A stretch of DNA of 64,000 nt, taken from assembly GCA_003344405.1 (NCBI GenBank), contig NOWV01000117.1, forward strand, positions 124,001 through 188,000, read 5' to 3'. Position 1 is the stretch's first letter, and every line of letters begins with the position of its first letter. The stretch is from Trichoplax sp. H2. Taxonomy: Eukaryota. The position numbers and the translations under genes were made by a program. This document shows positions 1 through 12,276 of this stretch, one piece after another. Under the pieces are notes generated by a model. The model did not search any database and was not told the DNA's origin. It worked only from the letters and a program-made list of their open reading frames with translations.

Positions 1-3000
1 CCAATACATCTACCAAAATTGTACAGATTTATATGATAATGCTACCAATGATAATGAAGAGCCAGATACCAACAATATATCCAGTAATAGCGCTAATACT
101 GTTAATGGGAATAACGTGAAACATTTCGATTTTTGGAGGAAATTAATTGGTGTTATCGTTTCCGTATTGGAAGAGGACAAAAATTGTTATACTAGTGTTT
201 TAAGCCAGTAAGAGACTTAGAGATCTAGCGAATAGCTTTTAAATCCGATAGCAATTTACAGTAATAGGATGTTCTTAACTATACCTGCCTATTTCTAACT
301 CTTCCAATATCTGTAATAAATTATTTTAGATTTCCTTCTGAATTGAACGTAGGCCATTTAAGTGCGGAGCATATTTGGGCTTACTTAGCACAAGATATGC
401 AAGGATTCTTATTCGGTTTGTATTTTATCAAATCGCATTATAAATAATAGCGAAATTGTTAGTACGTTAAAAATTGATGAACGTGATTATCTATTATATT
501 ACAGAACATGCTCAAGGCGATGTCATAGAAAATAATAACGAATTTATTAAACTTCAGTTCAAGGTCAGAAATTATTAATTATGACCTATTATATGTCAAT
601 TTTTTTATACTATTTCCTAAAATTGATCATTCATTTAGTTTGAATGTTTATACCTTTACTATGTCGATTAAAAGGTGAAATGGTTATATGATAATTACTG
701 CAAAGACATTCCAACATTTAAGTTAATTATTCCTCACTATCCATCGTAAGTAGCGACTGGGAATACAATATTTCGCCTTGAAGATTTCTTTATTGATTAT
801 CTGATCATGTAATAATAAAATGTGTTTAATTATTTGCATCGTTAAGATGGTTTGAAGCCTACGTCATGCAGTGGCTACATGAGAATGAAGAAGCCTCAAC
901 GGAATTTATGTACGGTGCTTTCAATCGTGATGAAAATAATGAAGACAATGAGGAAGTATGTCACTAAATAGCTCTAATTTTATAGCACTTACTGTACAAA
1001 AAGCAATTTTGAGCTAATGTGCACCTGATTTCTTTTCACAGTTTCAACCAATATCGGAGAGATCTCCATTTTCTAGTTCTGTCGTAGACATATTTTGCTC
1101 CTTAACGCAGGTATGCATTGTTTTTAACATTTATTTGACATGCATTAAAACCTATTTATGCATATTACTTTCGACCTTTTAGAGCTATGAAATAATAAAG
1201 AAAATGGAGTGTCCTGATCCGGCCCTCCTGGGAAAGTACATGGAAAGATTTTGCCGGGTTTGTACTTATTTACTGTAATACAGTAATTAAGCCCATGTAA
1301 TAGTATATATTTATCGACATCTGCTTTAGAATTCATATTCTTCTCCTTTAGACAATCACGTCGGTGTTACTAGGATATGCCGCTTGTATTTCAAGAGACT
1401 TTAAGAAATATTGTTCCTCAGAGAGAACGGTGAGCAAAACGAACATACGCGTACTTATATAAAAGATATTTTAAGTCTATCAAGATACGAATGCTGTCGG
1501 AAAAATATTCCGTTGATATAGAGTATTCTTATATACTTAGGCTTGTACCCTAATGAATAACATCCATCAAGCAACTGTACAATTAGAAAAATTATTTCTT
1601 GCAATGGGTGGTGATTCGGTAAAGCGCAGAAATTAGCATTTTAATCTAAATTATATGCACTGTTTGTATAACTGTTGACTAGGAAATTAACAGAATTCAC
1701 TGCTTGTATGGATAGCAAATATTTTATCATTATATTAATTTTTTGGAAATTGTAAATCAATTTAATTCAAAATGTGTTATATCTACTATTTTAGCTTGGC
1801 TCAGAACCAAAGAAAATTTTAAATGAACTACAAGGCAGACTTAAAGAAACAATAACACAAATCAGTTCTATCTTTGCCGATAGGTAACTAAATATTAACA
1901 TACGTAAATATAAGTAGATATCTTGGTACTGATTTTGCTGTAAATGTTAATCAACCGTGAATGCAGCCATGAACCAACAGTACATCAAGCTTTACTGAAG
2001 CTAAGCGCAATCCTCAGCACGTAAGCCTTTAATAATTACTATATCAATTTATAAAAATAACGCGAACATTTCTTAGGCCTCTTTGCATTAACAACTTTTA
2101 TGTTATTCATTGCTTAATATACAGAGTAAAAGGAGCTGCAAATGTTCCCGCTAATGCGGCAACGGTTGGCAAACAATCACAAGAAGATTCCTACCATGTT
2201 ATGGGACCACTACTAGAATTCTTAGATAGCCAGTAAATAATTTCAGACTTTTGATTTATTAAAGTTTTGGTTACTCAGTCTCATGAATTAATTTATCTGA
2301 CGCTTGACTTTTTAATTTAAATAGTTTAAATTCGTATCACCACAAATGTGATAAAAATATTTTGAAAAGGATTTTAAAGGTTTGTCATTTAGTAGTATAG
2401 GATGGTAATTGACTCAATCAATCATAAAATAACCGTCCTCATCTTGATATATATCATTTAGGAATTATGGAGGCTTGTATTATCAAAAATGGAAAGGGTC
2501 GTAGTTCTCCCTCCGTTATCTGATGTTAAAGTAAGTAGTATCGTCCTAAAATACATTCTGTAAACCTAAAATAATCAAAATCTTACATATTACATATTTA
2601 TGTTGCCTACCGTTCTTTTTACTGGCTTTTAAGATTATATTCTTGCATAATTTTATTGAATAATATAGGAAATTGCAAGGGAAGGCAGCAAAAATTTAAG
2701 TCCAAAGCAATGTTTCATTTTAGAAATTGGCCTTAAAAATATCTTGGTAAGGGCATTATAATTTTTTGGTCGATATTTTATAATTTAAAAGCTTTAGAAT
2801 ACTACAGTCTACTACTGTATGTTGCAAATTGAATACTTTATTATGCTACTATCACTCAGTCATCATTAACTAAGACAACATTCCAAGATATCCTTACTGT
2901 TTTTACTCTCTATTTTTGTATCATTTATCTTTGTTTATCTGCAAGTACTAAAATCCGAGTAAAAAGCAACGTATCAGTTGTAACGCTGGTGCAACATTAA

Positions 3001-4357
3001 ATCACGGGTGTTCAATGTCATAACTTTAGCAATATGTGTGTTACTTATAACAAATCAAGTTCTTAAGCCTTTGTAGCCAAATTTCATCTAAAACTGCGAG
3101 ATTTAGGATATCAAATGACATGTATAATACTTACTTATCTTGATTCCTTGCTGCCCTATGATAGCAAACGTTCTAGTAATGAACTGTAATTCTTCAAAGT
3201 AATCACTAATCAGAACTTAATTGCGCTGTACAGCAATATTTCCATGCTGGTGGCAACGGATTAAAGAAAGGTTATCTTGAAAAGAGTGTTGAATGGCAGT
3301 CTCTTCGCTATGCCCTCTCTCTTTACACACAAACAACAGATACGTTAATTAAAACTTTTGTTGAAAGCCAGACAGCTCAAGGTAAGAATACTATTAACTT
3401 TTTGTATACATTTAACACTTTGCATAGAAAATTTAATTTAAATACATAACACTATTGAAACCAAAATTGCAATATCGCATTAATTTTTAGATCGATATGG
3501 ACTTGATGATTGTGTTGGCGAACTGAATTTACAAGTAGAATTATTTACTCATCCCGGCACCGGAGAACATAAAGTTACTGTTAAAGGTTTGTTTTTATGC
3601 ATACTTTTTATTGCTACGCTAAAATCTAGATTACTGTCTTAATTACTAACTTAGTTACTGACAAAATTCGTTTCCTGATAATTTTTAGTTGTGGAAGCTA
3701 CTGGACTTTTATGGCAATCTACTAGTAAGTTTACTGTTATAGCATCGGTATTATAGAAAGAGAGAATAACAGATAGTTGTATATGTGCTCTTATCATGTA
3801 CTTTCTTTCAGACATGTTTAGACCATTTGTCGAGATCAATGTTATTGGGCCACATTTGCACGATAGAAAACGCCGACAGTCAACTAGATCAAAAAGTAAC
3901 AACTGGGACCCAAAGTTTAATGAGATATTTTATTTGTAAGTGCTTAAAAACAATTCGTAATCGGAATATTCCTTATTTCATAATTAAATTGCCTTAGTAA
4001 ATACATTTTACATAAGTGAATAGGATTTTATACCCTAACATTGAAATTTATTTCTTCATCCACAGTATTCTCAGTAATGAAGATGATCCTTATAGTTTCG
4101 AATTGCATATTTGTGTTCGAGATTACTGTTTTACCCGACAAAACCAACTTGTTGGGATGTGTGTTATTCAATTACGTGAAATTGCCGACGTTGGCTCCCG
4201 CTCTTGCTGGTGGCCATTAAGTCGAGCTGTTTATATGGACGAAACAGGACGTACTGTTCTTCGTATACTATCACAAAGAATGCATGATGAAGTTGCCAGG
4301 GAGTTTGTTACCTTAAAATCGGAATGTCGCCCTGGCAATAACTTGGCTAGAAATTAA
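1..4357 (+). CDS. unc-13: UNC-13/Munc13 vesicle-priming protein, 3' part (MUN domain plus C-terminal C2C domain); 5' part lies outside the window
   Basis: Phase-consistent GT-AG exons: <1-207, 330-415, 505-563, 675-745, 847-955, 1042-1110, 1183-1257, 1352-1429, 1541-1618, 1795-1883, 1967-2020, 2125-2232, 2325-2379, 2462-2530, 2669-2746, 3234-3381, 3491-3586, 3689-3724, 3812-3935, 4066-4357. The translation has Munc13 hallmarks: [107 protein letters not shown]. Confidence 0.97.
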
Positions 4358-5529
4358 AATATAATAATCACTGTCTACTTATTAATAGTATGTTATTAAC
4401 GCAACTATTTTACTTTAATGAAATATATATTCTTTGTATGTAGACAATTCTTGATTTGCATGTATACGGTATAGTGAATGACTGTATATGATGATATTCA
4501 GATAGTATGTTAATACATTTTAGTATCAGAAAGCGTAAAGCAAAAAGCACTGACATCTACTTATAAAATGTCAATCCGTTTTCTATCAAGATTACAGATA
4601 TTAAGCGACCTTATTCTTATCTATAATTTATATTCTATTTGTTATATTATATCACTCTACCTTTTACAATATTGTCGAACAGACATATTTGATATGATTG
4701 CTTGAGGCAATTTGAAATATTACCACCAATGTAGGTTAAATGTACTCTAAATTATTATAATTCATTCGCCATCATCACTCGAAGCTGTGTATCAATTCCT
4801 AATATCAATCGCTGTTGGCAAAAATTTTTGTATCATATTTGTAATAATCTAACTGATAGTAAAAATACCTAATTAATATGCAGCATTTCCACTATTAATG
4901 ATAGAGTAATTTTCATCAGCAGCAAAACTTGATCAATAAAGCATTTATAAGGAAGCATTTGAGAATAAGAGTTTATCGATGCGTGTTATGTCTTAAATGT
5001 AAAACCCTGATGTCTGGCAAGGCCTAATTTTACGATTTTATTTAAGCCTGTGTAGATGTCGTTAGTCTACATATGATTTTGTAATTCACAGCACAGTATA
5101 TACACAATTTCTTGTCATCGTCGATTTCCTTTCTAAATATAAGGTAAGTTACGATAGGTTATTGCTATATACAGTTTGCTTACTCTACTCTGATATAGAA
5201 TTATTAGTTCTGCACTCACATATTATGGGTATACTCGTATTGCATCATCTACAGTGTGTACTATGTACTGAACATAAAACTATTTTTAAAGAATAAAGAC
5301 TCCATTTAGCTAGCAAATCAATTACTATACATGCATCTTGTAGATTTATCATGCACGAGGATGTCGGATCCTTAGCGATATATTTCGGATTGGTCAAATT
5401 GTAAGACTTTAAACATTCTTAATCATTTTTATGGATTACTTTCGAGTTACATAGGCAGAAACAGGCGCAACATCGATCTCGTTACCAATCCACAGAAACA
5501 AATATTTCTGCTCATGTATATAACCGAAA

Positions 5530-5554
5530 AATATATATATATATATATATATAT
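5530..5554. repeat. (AT)n microsatellite
   Basis: About 12 uninterrupted AT units, read directly. Confidence 0.9.
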
Positions 5555-7264
5555 TTAGTCTTGAGAAGAAGATTCATAGCTAATAAACGTCGTTAAATAC
5601 TGGTATTAATATATTCCTAACAATTGCATGCTGAAATGGATCTTTATCTAACTTTTTATTTTGCATAAAGGGATTTTGGGTCTTAGAATAGCTACCAATA
5701 TGATTTTTGATGCTAGTTGTGTACTCTATAATTACAGAACGATTGAAGTTTATTCCATTGAATGAATTGCGTATGCCAAAATTACGTACATCGCAAAGAT
5801 TACTATAGTAAATTGGTTATGCAGTAAAAAACTTACCAAAATTTTCAACCACGAATGCATAAATTGTAGCAAGAGATAGTGTGAAGATGTAATAAAATTA
5901 TAAGATAGTCCTCCTAATTTGTTCGCCATCAGCGTGTATGCTATAGTACTGACAGTCTTCTGTTTTTTATCAGTATAGAATGAAAAAAGCGATTTCGACA
6001 GAGCAAGAGACCTCGTGACATTAAGGGCTTATACAAGTAAAACCGGAACGAAATCTCCAGTAATCTAATGGACAATAACAGACAGTATAGAACGCATGCG
6101 AATCGTAGTCCACTAACACGAAACGTATATGGCTACGTGCCATTTATTACGAAGAAAGTGTAGCAGTAAATTATCTTAAGGCAAATAACTGTTAAATGTA
6201 TAATAAAATTTGTATTATCCTACCATCAAAGACTTCGATTCGCCAATATTGAGTATTATCGATTCTCTATTATAACAATTTATTTATATGAAAGATAGAT
6301 TTGTATACAAACATTTTCTTCGATATTTAGAGATGATTACAGGTTTGATCATAGCTTTGTCGTAGATACATATATATATATATAAAAGAATTTTGAAACA
6401 AAAGCAGTCTGTAGCTGTTGATTTTCCCTCAGTATGGACTAAACAAAAAGTAGGCAAATAGTATTTATATAATACTATTGCAAAATTTTACATGCATAAA
6501 TATGTATTATTTCTGATATATTAAATATCGTATGACAAATTACCTGCATGATCAAACAAATGAAGATTTATGAGATATTTTTTTATACTCTTTAACATCT
6601 AGAGACAGAAAACACTATAAGAAGGACAAACTTTAGTCAAAAAAGTTGATGCAATACTTTTACCACGTGAATAATTATAGTAATCAATAATGTCGTGGAA
6701 ATGTCTATTTACAGCACACACCTTAAGTTAATTAAATCTTTATATACTGATGATGTGGGACATCATTATTAAATCAAAAACAGCGTGCATCGCTTAGATG
6801 CCTACAAGGGCTGCTTATTCTTTTTTAAACCAAGACTAAGCACATCCAATACAGTATAACCTAAAAGAAGTTAACTCAGTACATATTTTGGTCCAATAAA
6901 TGTACGTGTATCTCATCCGCAACGTTGAGATAATCCTAACCGAAACGTTTTAAAAATTAAAAAAAATATTATGATGATATCGCCATCGTTTTAATGCTCA
7001 TTACTGGGTATAACGCTCAATATAGTGTGCTATGGTTTGATAATTTTCCAACGCATTAACGTATCGATAGTTTTAAATTTAAGTTGATACTTTAATACTA
7101 TATAGGTACAGGCATTTGTCATTGCTCACACTATCAGACACTAGAAAAGTCTATTTCCGATATAGACATAACAGATGACTACAAAAGGGAAAAAAGTTGA
7201 AAGATTCAGAACTGTTCAATTTTGTTACAGCGTTGAATCAATAATGCTGTGCTAATCTTACCAA

Positions 7265-9247
7265 CTACATGCGGCTCTTTTTTGGCCCAGTAGTAGAATT
7301 ATCTTTACTTTTTAATTTTCTTTTACGATCAGATTCCTATATGAAATTGACACAAACAAGTATAACGTAGAGTAAATAAGAATACTTTTCAACGAGATTC
7401 GCGTTACATTATACAAGCTTCATATAAAATAGCATTACTTTATCTTCAAAGTATATTAAATACTCCATTGAATTCGAGCAGAATTTTAGTATAGCAGCGC
7501 TATATTGTTATAGCAAGTACAAGTAATTGCAATTGTATCTTCAAGAATGTGGATACTGCAGTAGATCATTAAATCTCAGCTAAAATATAGCTCAGCAATA
7601 TCATATTATTGTAGTGACACCAGTCACTCAATATATATTCAGTCCATACAGGTTACTTACTTTACTCGAATTTGCATCATCATCTCCATTATGATCTTGT
7701 TTAGAATTACTATGCAGATAATAATAACGCAACAAGGAATTTGTTTTGTCGGTGCCTATTTTCTTGGCTGTAATATTATGGATTTGAACAATAAATGAAA
7801 AGGTACAGCATAATTACCGAACTAATCTGCCTTATCATCCATCTTTACAATGTTAAGGCGAAAAATAGCAGAATGAAATCATTGTTACCGTCATTAAATT
7901 ATAAGCATAATTAAATTAACCAACTCAACTTTATATGGAAGATAATACTGTCGACTATGTGGAATAATTATTAAGATCTTACTTGATCTCGTTGTTATAC
8001 ATCTATCATTTAAATCGATAGCATATTACGTAAAATAAAAGATAGACAATCCACTCGTACAATCTCTTAGTTGATTTTGACTATGCGCACGGTCCAATGT
8101 ACGACGTTATTACTTTATTATTCTATTACGATTAAATATCAATTTGCCATTCAAAATGATACGGTACTATGCGAAATAACGACTTTCATTGCGCGTATTT
8201 CCAACTTACCACGTTCCGAGCTGTCGTCCCTCGTTGATAAATATACTCGAACTGTCTGTAATTTGCCAAGAGATATTTATGAAAATAATAGTGCAGTTAA
8301 TTTGTTTCCAATTGATAATTTATAACAATACTTATACAAGTATCCATTATTTTACTGGATAATACTGTACAATCACTAACGCCATAATTCATTCAAAAAT
8401 GTAAAGCATGAGTATAAAGTAGATTAATGATGCATCAGCATACCGTTCTAGTCACATCCGAGCTTGATTTTCGAACTCGACTAAAGTTGTCTCTATCCAA
8501 CGATGGTAAATCTTTCAAGAATTCACCCTAATACAGTAAAAGTTGAGTATTTTAAAAGTGCCTTCTGTTCAATAGGAAATATCAGCGTTGTGGATTTCTA
8601 TTTAATAGTTGCAAGGTCAAGTATCCGGTACTGAGTGTACACCATGCTTGCAGTCACATATACTGCAGTAATTCCTGGCGTTGAAAAGGGGGCGATAGTT
8701 GGAATATCTGTCTACTTTAGTAGTTCCTGGTGGCCACTGTACCGCTATTATTGTCTGTAGACTGTAAAGTACTGCGTTTGTAATTTTAAGTTTATGTTTA
8801 CCTGGAGAAGAGATAGAAACTATCCACAATATTGTCAAGCGTAAAAGCCATCGACGCAGTTATTATAGAAACAGGTTCAATATTGATCGTAAAAGTATTT
8901 GGCATACCTTTTTCCAATTTTTCACAATATATTATAAACTTAATTTCCAACAATAAATGTGATGATGCGAAAGACCGCTGAAAAAACTGCAACTCTTGTC
9001 TGATACGCAGTACTATCGTTTTTAATGTTTAGCGTACTATGACGTAGAGCATGATATGCCCGATCTATCTACTCTACAGTATCATTAACAGTCTAATTTT
9101 AATGTTCTTAACCATCAACGCTAGGCTTTGTTTCAATTTGTTCATTAATAATCATTCTTCTCGAATGGAAAGCGCCTTAAAAGTACGTACTGCTCTCTGC
9201 CTGTATAGTTTACATGAGGTAGCGAAAAGATGATACATACATACCAT
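7265..9247 (-). CDS. DDA1: DET1- and DDB1-associated protein 1 (CRL4 ubiquitin-ligase subunit), about 103 aa, 5 coding exons
   Basis: Exons 9245-9247 (ATG only, followed by GTATGT), 8444-8527, 8210-8255, 7661-7767 and 7265-7336 give M|GEFLKDLPSLDRDNFSRVRKSSSDVTRT|TVRVYLSTRDDSSERA|KKIGTDKTNSLLRYYYLHSNSKQDHNGDDDANSSK|ESDRKRKLKSKDNSTTGPKKSRM*. This matches the remembered DDA1 pattern MADFLKGLP..NFSRF..VYLPTR..SEQIIVTEKTNILLRYLH and its length. An alternative start exon is ATG|GTGTAC at 8643-8645, with a weaker donor. Confidence 0.9.
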
Positions 9248-10846
9248 GACAGTTGAAGTCTACATAGAAGTAAACTCTTCTTGTTAATATGTCCTTTTAG
9301 TAGACATTTCTTTTACATTGAATCATGCACAGAACAAAGAATTACGTCTTGGATTTTCGTCAAATTCTTAGAAACCTATCAAGTCATACTGTATTCATTT
9401 TTACATCTACTCGTATCTATATAGGTTTATATATTAGGTATGATTAACGTACTGGGTACAATAGCAAGCTATCGATGTCTGTATCACTCTAGAGACCCTA
9501 CTGGAAGGGTGTCTATATCAGCCGATCTGGTAGGCTGCAGCACTTGCTATCCAACATTGGCAATGTGAATGGTAAATGCGACTACCAACGTTCATGATGT
9601 CCGTTTAATTTGTTCTGCTAGCGATCGCATTAGCGATTTTGCAAATGATAGAAAAGTAATGTTAACATCTGCCTAAAGGAACATTAGTAGTAAGGTTGTT
9701 CTCCTCCTCCTATGTATTTCTTGCTGTGAAGCATCAACTACAAAAAATATGCTTCAAGTATTCCTATTCCATCTCATCTCTTACTTGAATGGATGATCGA
9801 AATCCATCATCAAGGAACTTAAGTAATGTAGGTATGATGGATCACCGATTTTCATGGATGTTGAAATCCATCGGCATGGAAACGGGAAAACGGGTGACAC
9901 GTCAATGTTGACGATAAGCAGCAATCGTCATTGATAGTGAGAGAGAAGGTTTAAGATATAATTACGTAATTACTGTAGGAAAGGGAGGAGGGAAGGAGGA
10001 AATGTCTTTCCACTTTCTCCTTGTACCTATGTGGATGTCTTCATTGTGATCATTAAGGCTGTAGTAATCAATGTTGAATTTTATTTCATCCGTACAGACT
10101 GTGTCAATGGCATGACGACAAGAAAATGTTGACTTGAATAACTGCGCTATCTTTTCAATGACTGATAGTCAAGCCATGTTATGATATGGCCTCTCTCATC
10201 ACTACTCTTCTATCTTAGCATCATTCTATTTCAAAGCAAACTTACCATTGCCATTCATTAAAATCATGATAGTTATAATCGATGTGCTGGATCTTATCAA
10301 TTGGATGGGCTGAAGGTTGCAGCAGAAGAGAAATTTCAATCTTTGAGCCGCAATCGTCAAGTCCACACTAAGGCCCTCCTGCGTTTCAATGTAATAACTC
10401 CTGAGTCGGTGCAGTTGACTAGATCGTCATCCAGCCTTGGTCAACGTTGAAGGTGGCATATCACTAGTTGAAGATCATCTTGGTCTTTGACCTGGACATG
10501 GAAGAGTGAAGACGCCACTGTATGAATATGGACTATAGTATGAGCAAATACTTGAGCAAGATGTCGTTTCCCACTAGGGCGGTGGATAACGTCTATCTGG
10601 GCCTAATGCCATAGTGTACAGTGTACAATACAACACTCTACAGTACTTAATACCGTCAGTACAGTACTGTACATTGGCCAATGGAATTTCGTCTTTACAG
10701 TACTGTACTGTACAGTGTACAGTACGGTAGGAAGGGCAGGGGCAACCTCTTTCAGTACATTTGTCGACATTACTATCGCAATACCTTAGAAACATGACGC
10801 ACAAGCAGTACCACAGCGCTGGATGATATTATGTTGTGTTACTTGT

Positions 10847-11311
10847 TGTGACATTCATTAATTAATGCATCATAATTTTGTTGTGTGATGAATCATATGT
10901 TGACACCTAGCTACTAATTAACTAATATTAAATGTCATAGAAAGTATGTTGTGATTCTGGCTATAATAAGTATGTAGACTGGGCTATTAATTAATTACTG
11001 TTTTTGCACCAACGAAGTTGGTGAGGATATATAAAGTCTCAAAGTTCTTAATTGAGAGTTAGTTACGTTAGTCGATGACAGATGGTTATCAGTTGCTAGT
11101 CGTAATTGTAAGTTGTGCGTTCAATCGGACATTTTAATAAAATAGCTTCTAGAATAAAGTTTTGATCCTTAACGTGAGTAATCTATCGTCTAAGACTCGA
11201 ATCTAAGTTTGGTTGATTAAAGAGTGCTTAGAGTTAGTTGCTTAGATAGTTAAGTCTACTTTAGAGGAAAGAATCCCGTTTAATTCTTGTGTTACAATCT
11301 CGGTTGTGACA
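10847..11311 (+). mobile_element. Solo LTR (465 bp) of an LTR retrotransposon, nested in repeat copy A
   Basis: TGT...ACA termini. A 5-bp direct repeat CTTGT flanks it (10842-10846 and 11312-11316). TATATAAA at 11028-11035 and AATAAA at 11136 and 11153. Copy B has the uninterrupted site with a single CTTGT (12612-12616). Confidence 0.85.
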
Positions 11312-11533
11312 CTTGTGTATGGTCGTCAGCGAGCACATTTGCCCCCGGCCTTTTCCCTCAGTGATGGTGGCCCAGAAGGGACAAGCAGGTTTTACATTAT
11401 TTGCCCAACTCTGTACAGTACATTTGTCTACTGCACTGTACTATCACGATACCTTAGAAGTTAGAAACATGACGCACTGGCAGCGCTGGATAATATTATG
11501 TTGTGTATTGGTCGTCAGCCTGCACATTTCCCC

Positions 11534-12256
11534 CCCTACCCCTCCAGTTATGGTGGCCGAGAAGTACAGTACAGTACAGTACTGTACAATGTACTGTACA
11601 GTGCAGCACAATAGTACTGTACTGTACTGTCATTCTGGGCCACCGTACTCAGTAGTACAGTACTGTAAGTTGAGTGTAACAGTCTTCTGCACTCCAAAAT
11701 TGGCGTTCAAACTAAACCTGAGAAAGGTTTAGCGAGTTGGAGCATGGTGGAAGTAAACAAATCAAGACTTTTTATTCCTATTCAGTTGGACTGACTTTAC
11801 TGTGGGTTGCAGCCCTATCCCTCCAGTCATGGTGGCCGAGAAGTACAGTACAGTACAGTACAGTACAGTACTGTACAATGTACTGTACAGTGCAGCACAA
11901 TAGTACTGTACTGTACTGTAATTCTGGGCCACCGTACTCAGTAGTAAGTTGAGTGTAACAGTCTTCTGCACTCCAAAATTGGCGTTCAAACTAAACCTGA
12001 GAAAGGTTTAGCGAGTTGGAGCATGGTGGAAGTAAACAAATCAAGACTTTTTATTCCTATTCAGTTGGACTGACTTTACTGTGGGTTGCAGCCCTATCCC
12101 TCCAGTCATGGTGGCCGAGAAGTACAGTACAGTACAGTACAGTACAGTACTGTACAATGTACTGTACAGTGCAGCACAATAGTACTGTACTGTACTGTAA
12201 TTCTGGGCCACCGTACTCAGTAGTAAGTTGAGTGTAACAGTCTTCTGCACTCCAAA
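11534..12256. repeat. Tandem array of a 279-bp unit (about 2.6 copies, truncated by the gap); one further copy at 12828-13106
   Basis: Units start CCCTA(C/T)CCCTCCAGT at 11534, 11813 and 12092. Identical spurious ORFs in the track are offset by 279 bp. Confidence 0.95.
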
Positions 12257-12276
12257 NNNNNNNNNNNNNNNNNNNN
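12257..12276. other. Assembly gap (20 N)
   Basis: Run of 20 n characters. Confidence 1.

Noticed and set aside
7439..7579. Extra minus-strand exon candidates inside DDA1 (LRFNDLLQYPHS*, and AAILKFCSNSMEY..)
   Set aside because: Skipping them gives the canonical DDA1 length and a basic C-terminus. They need weak donors or a very short intron. Minor isoforms cannot be excluded.
8617..8992. ORFs 8617-8838 and 8798-8992, one with a signal-peptide-like stretch
   Set aside because: The hydrophobic frame has no ATG and is preceded by stops. The region probably lies in DDA1 intron 1 or its 5' UTR.
9520..10530. Possible transposase relic inside the repeat complex
   Set aside because: The parts I translated gave only short open frames (about 60 codons) with no DDE, RT or Rep/helicase motif that I could recognise.
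11534..12256. Repeat arrays as a possible CRISPR-like locus (also 58264-58933)
   Set aside because: Whole units repeat without unique spacers, there are no cas-like ORFs, and the context is eukaryotic.
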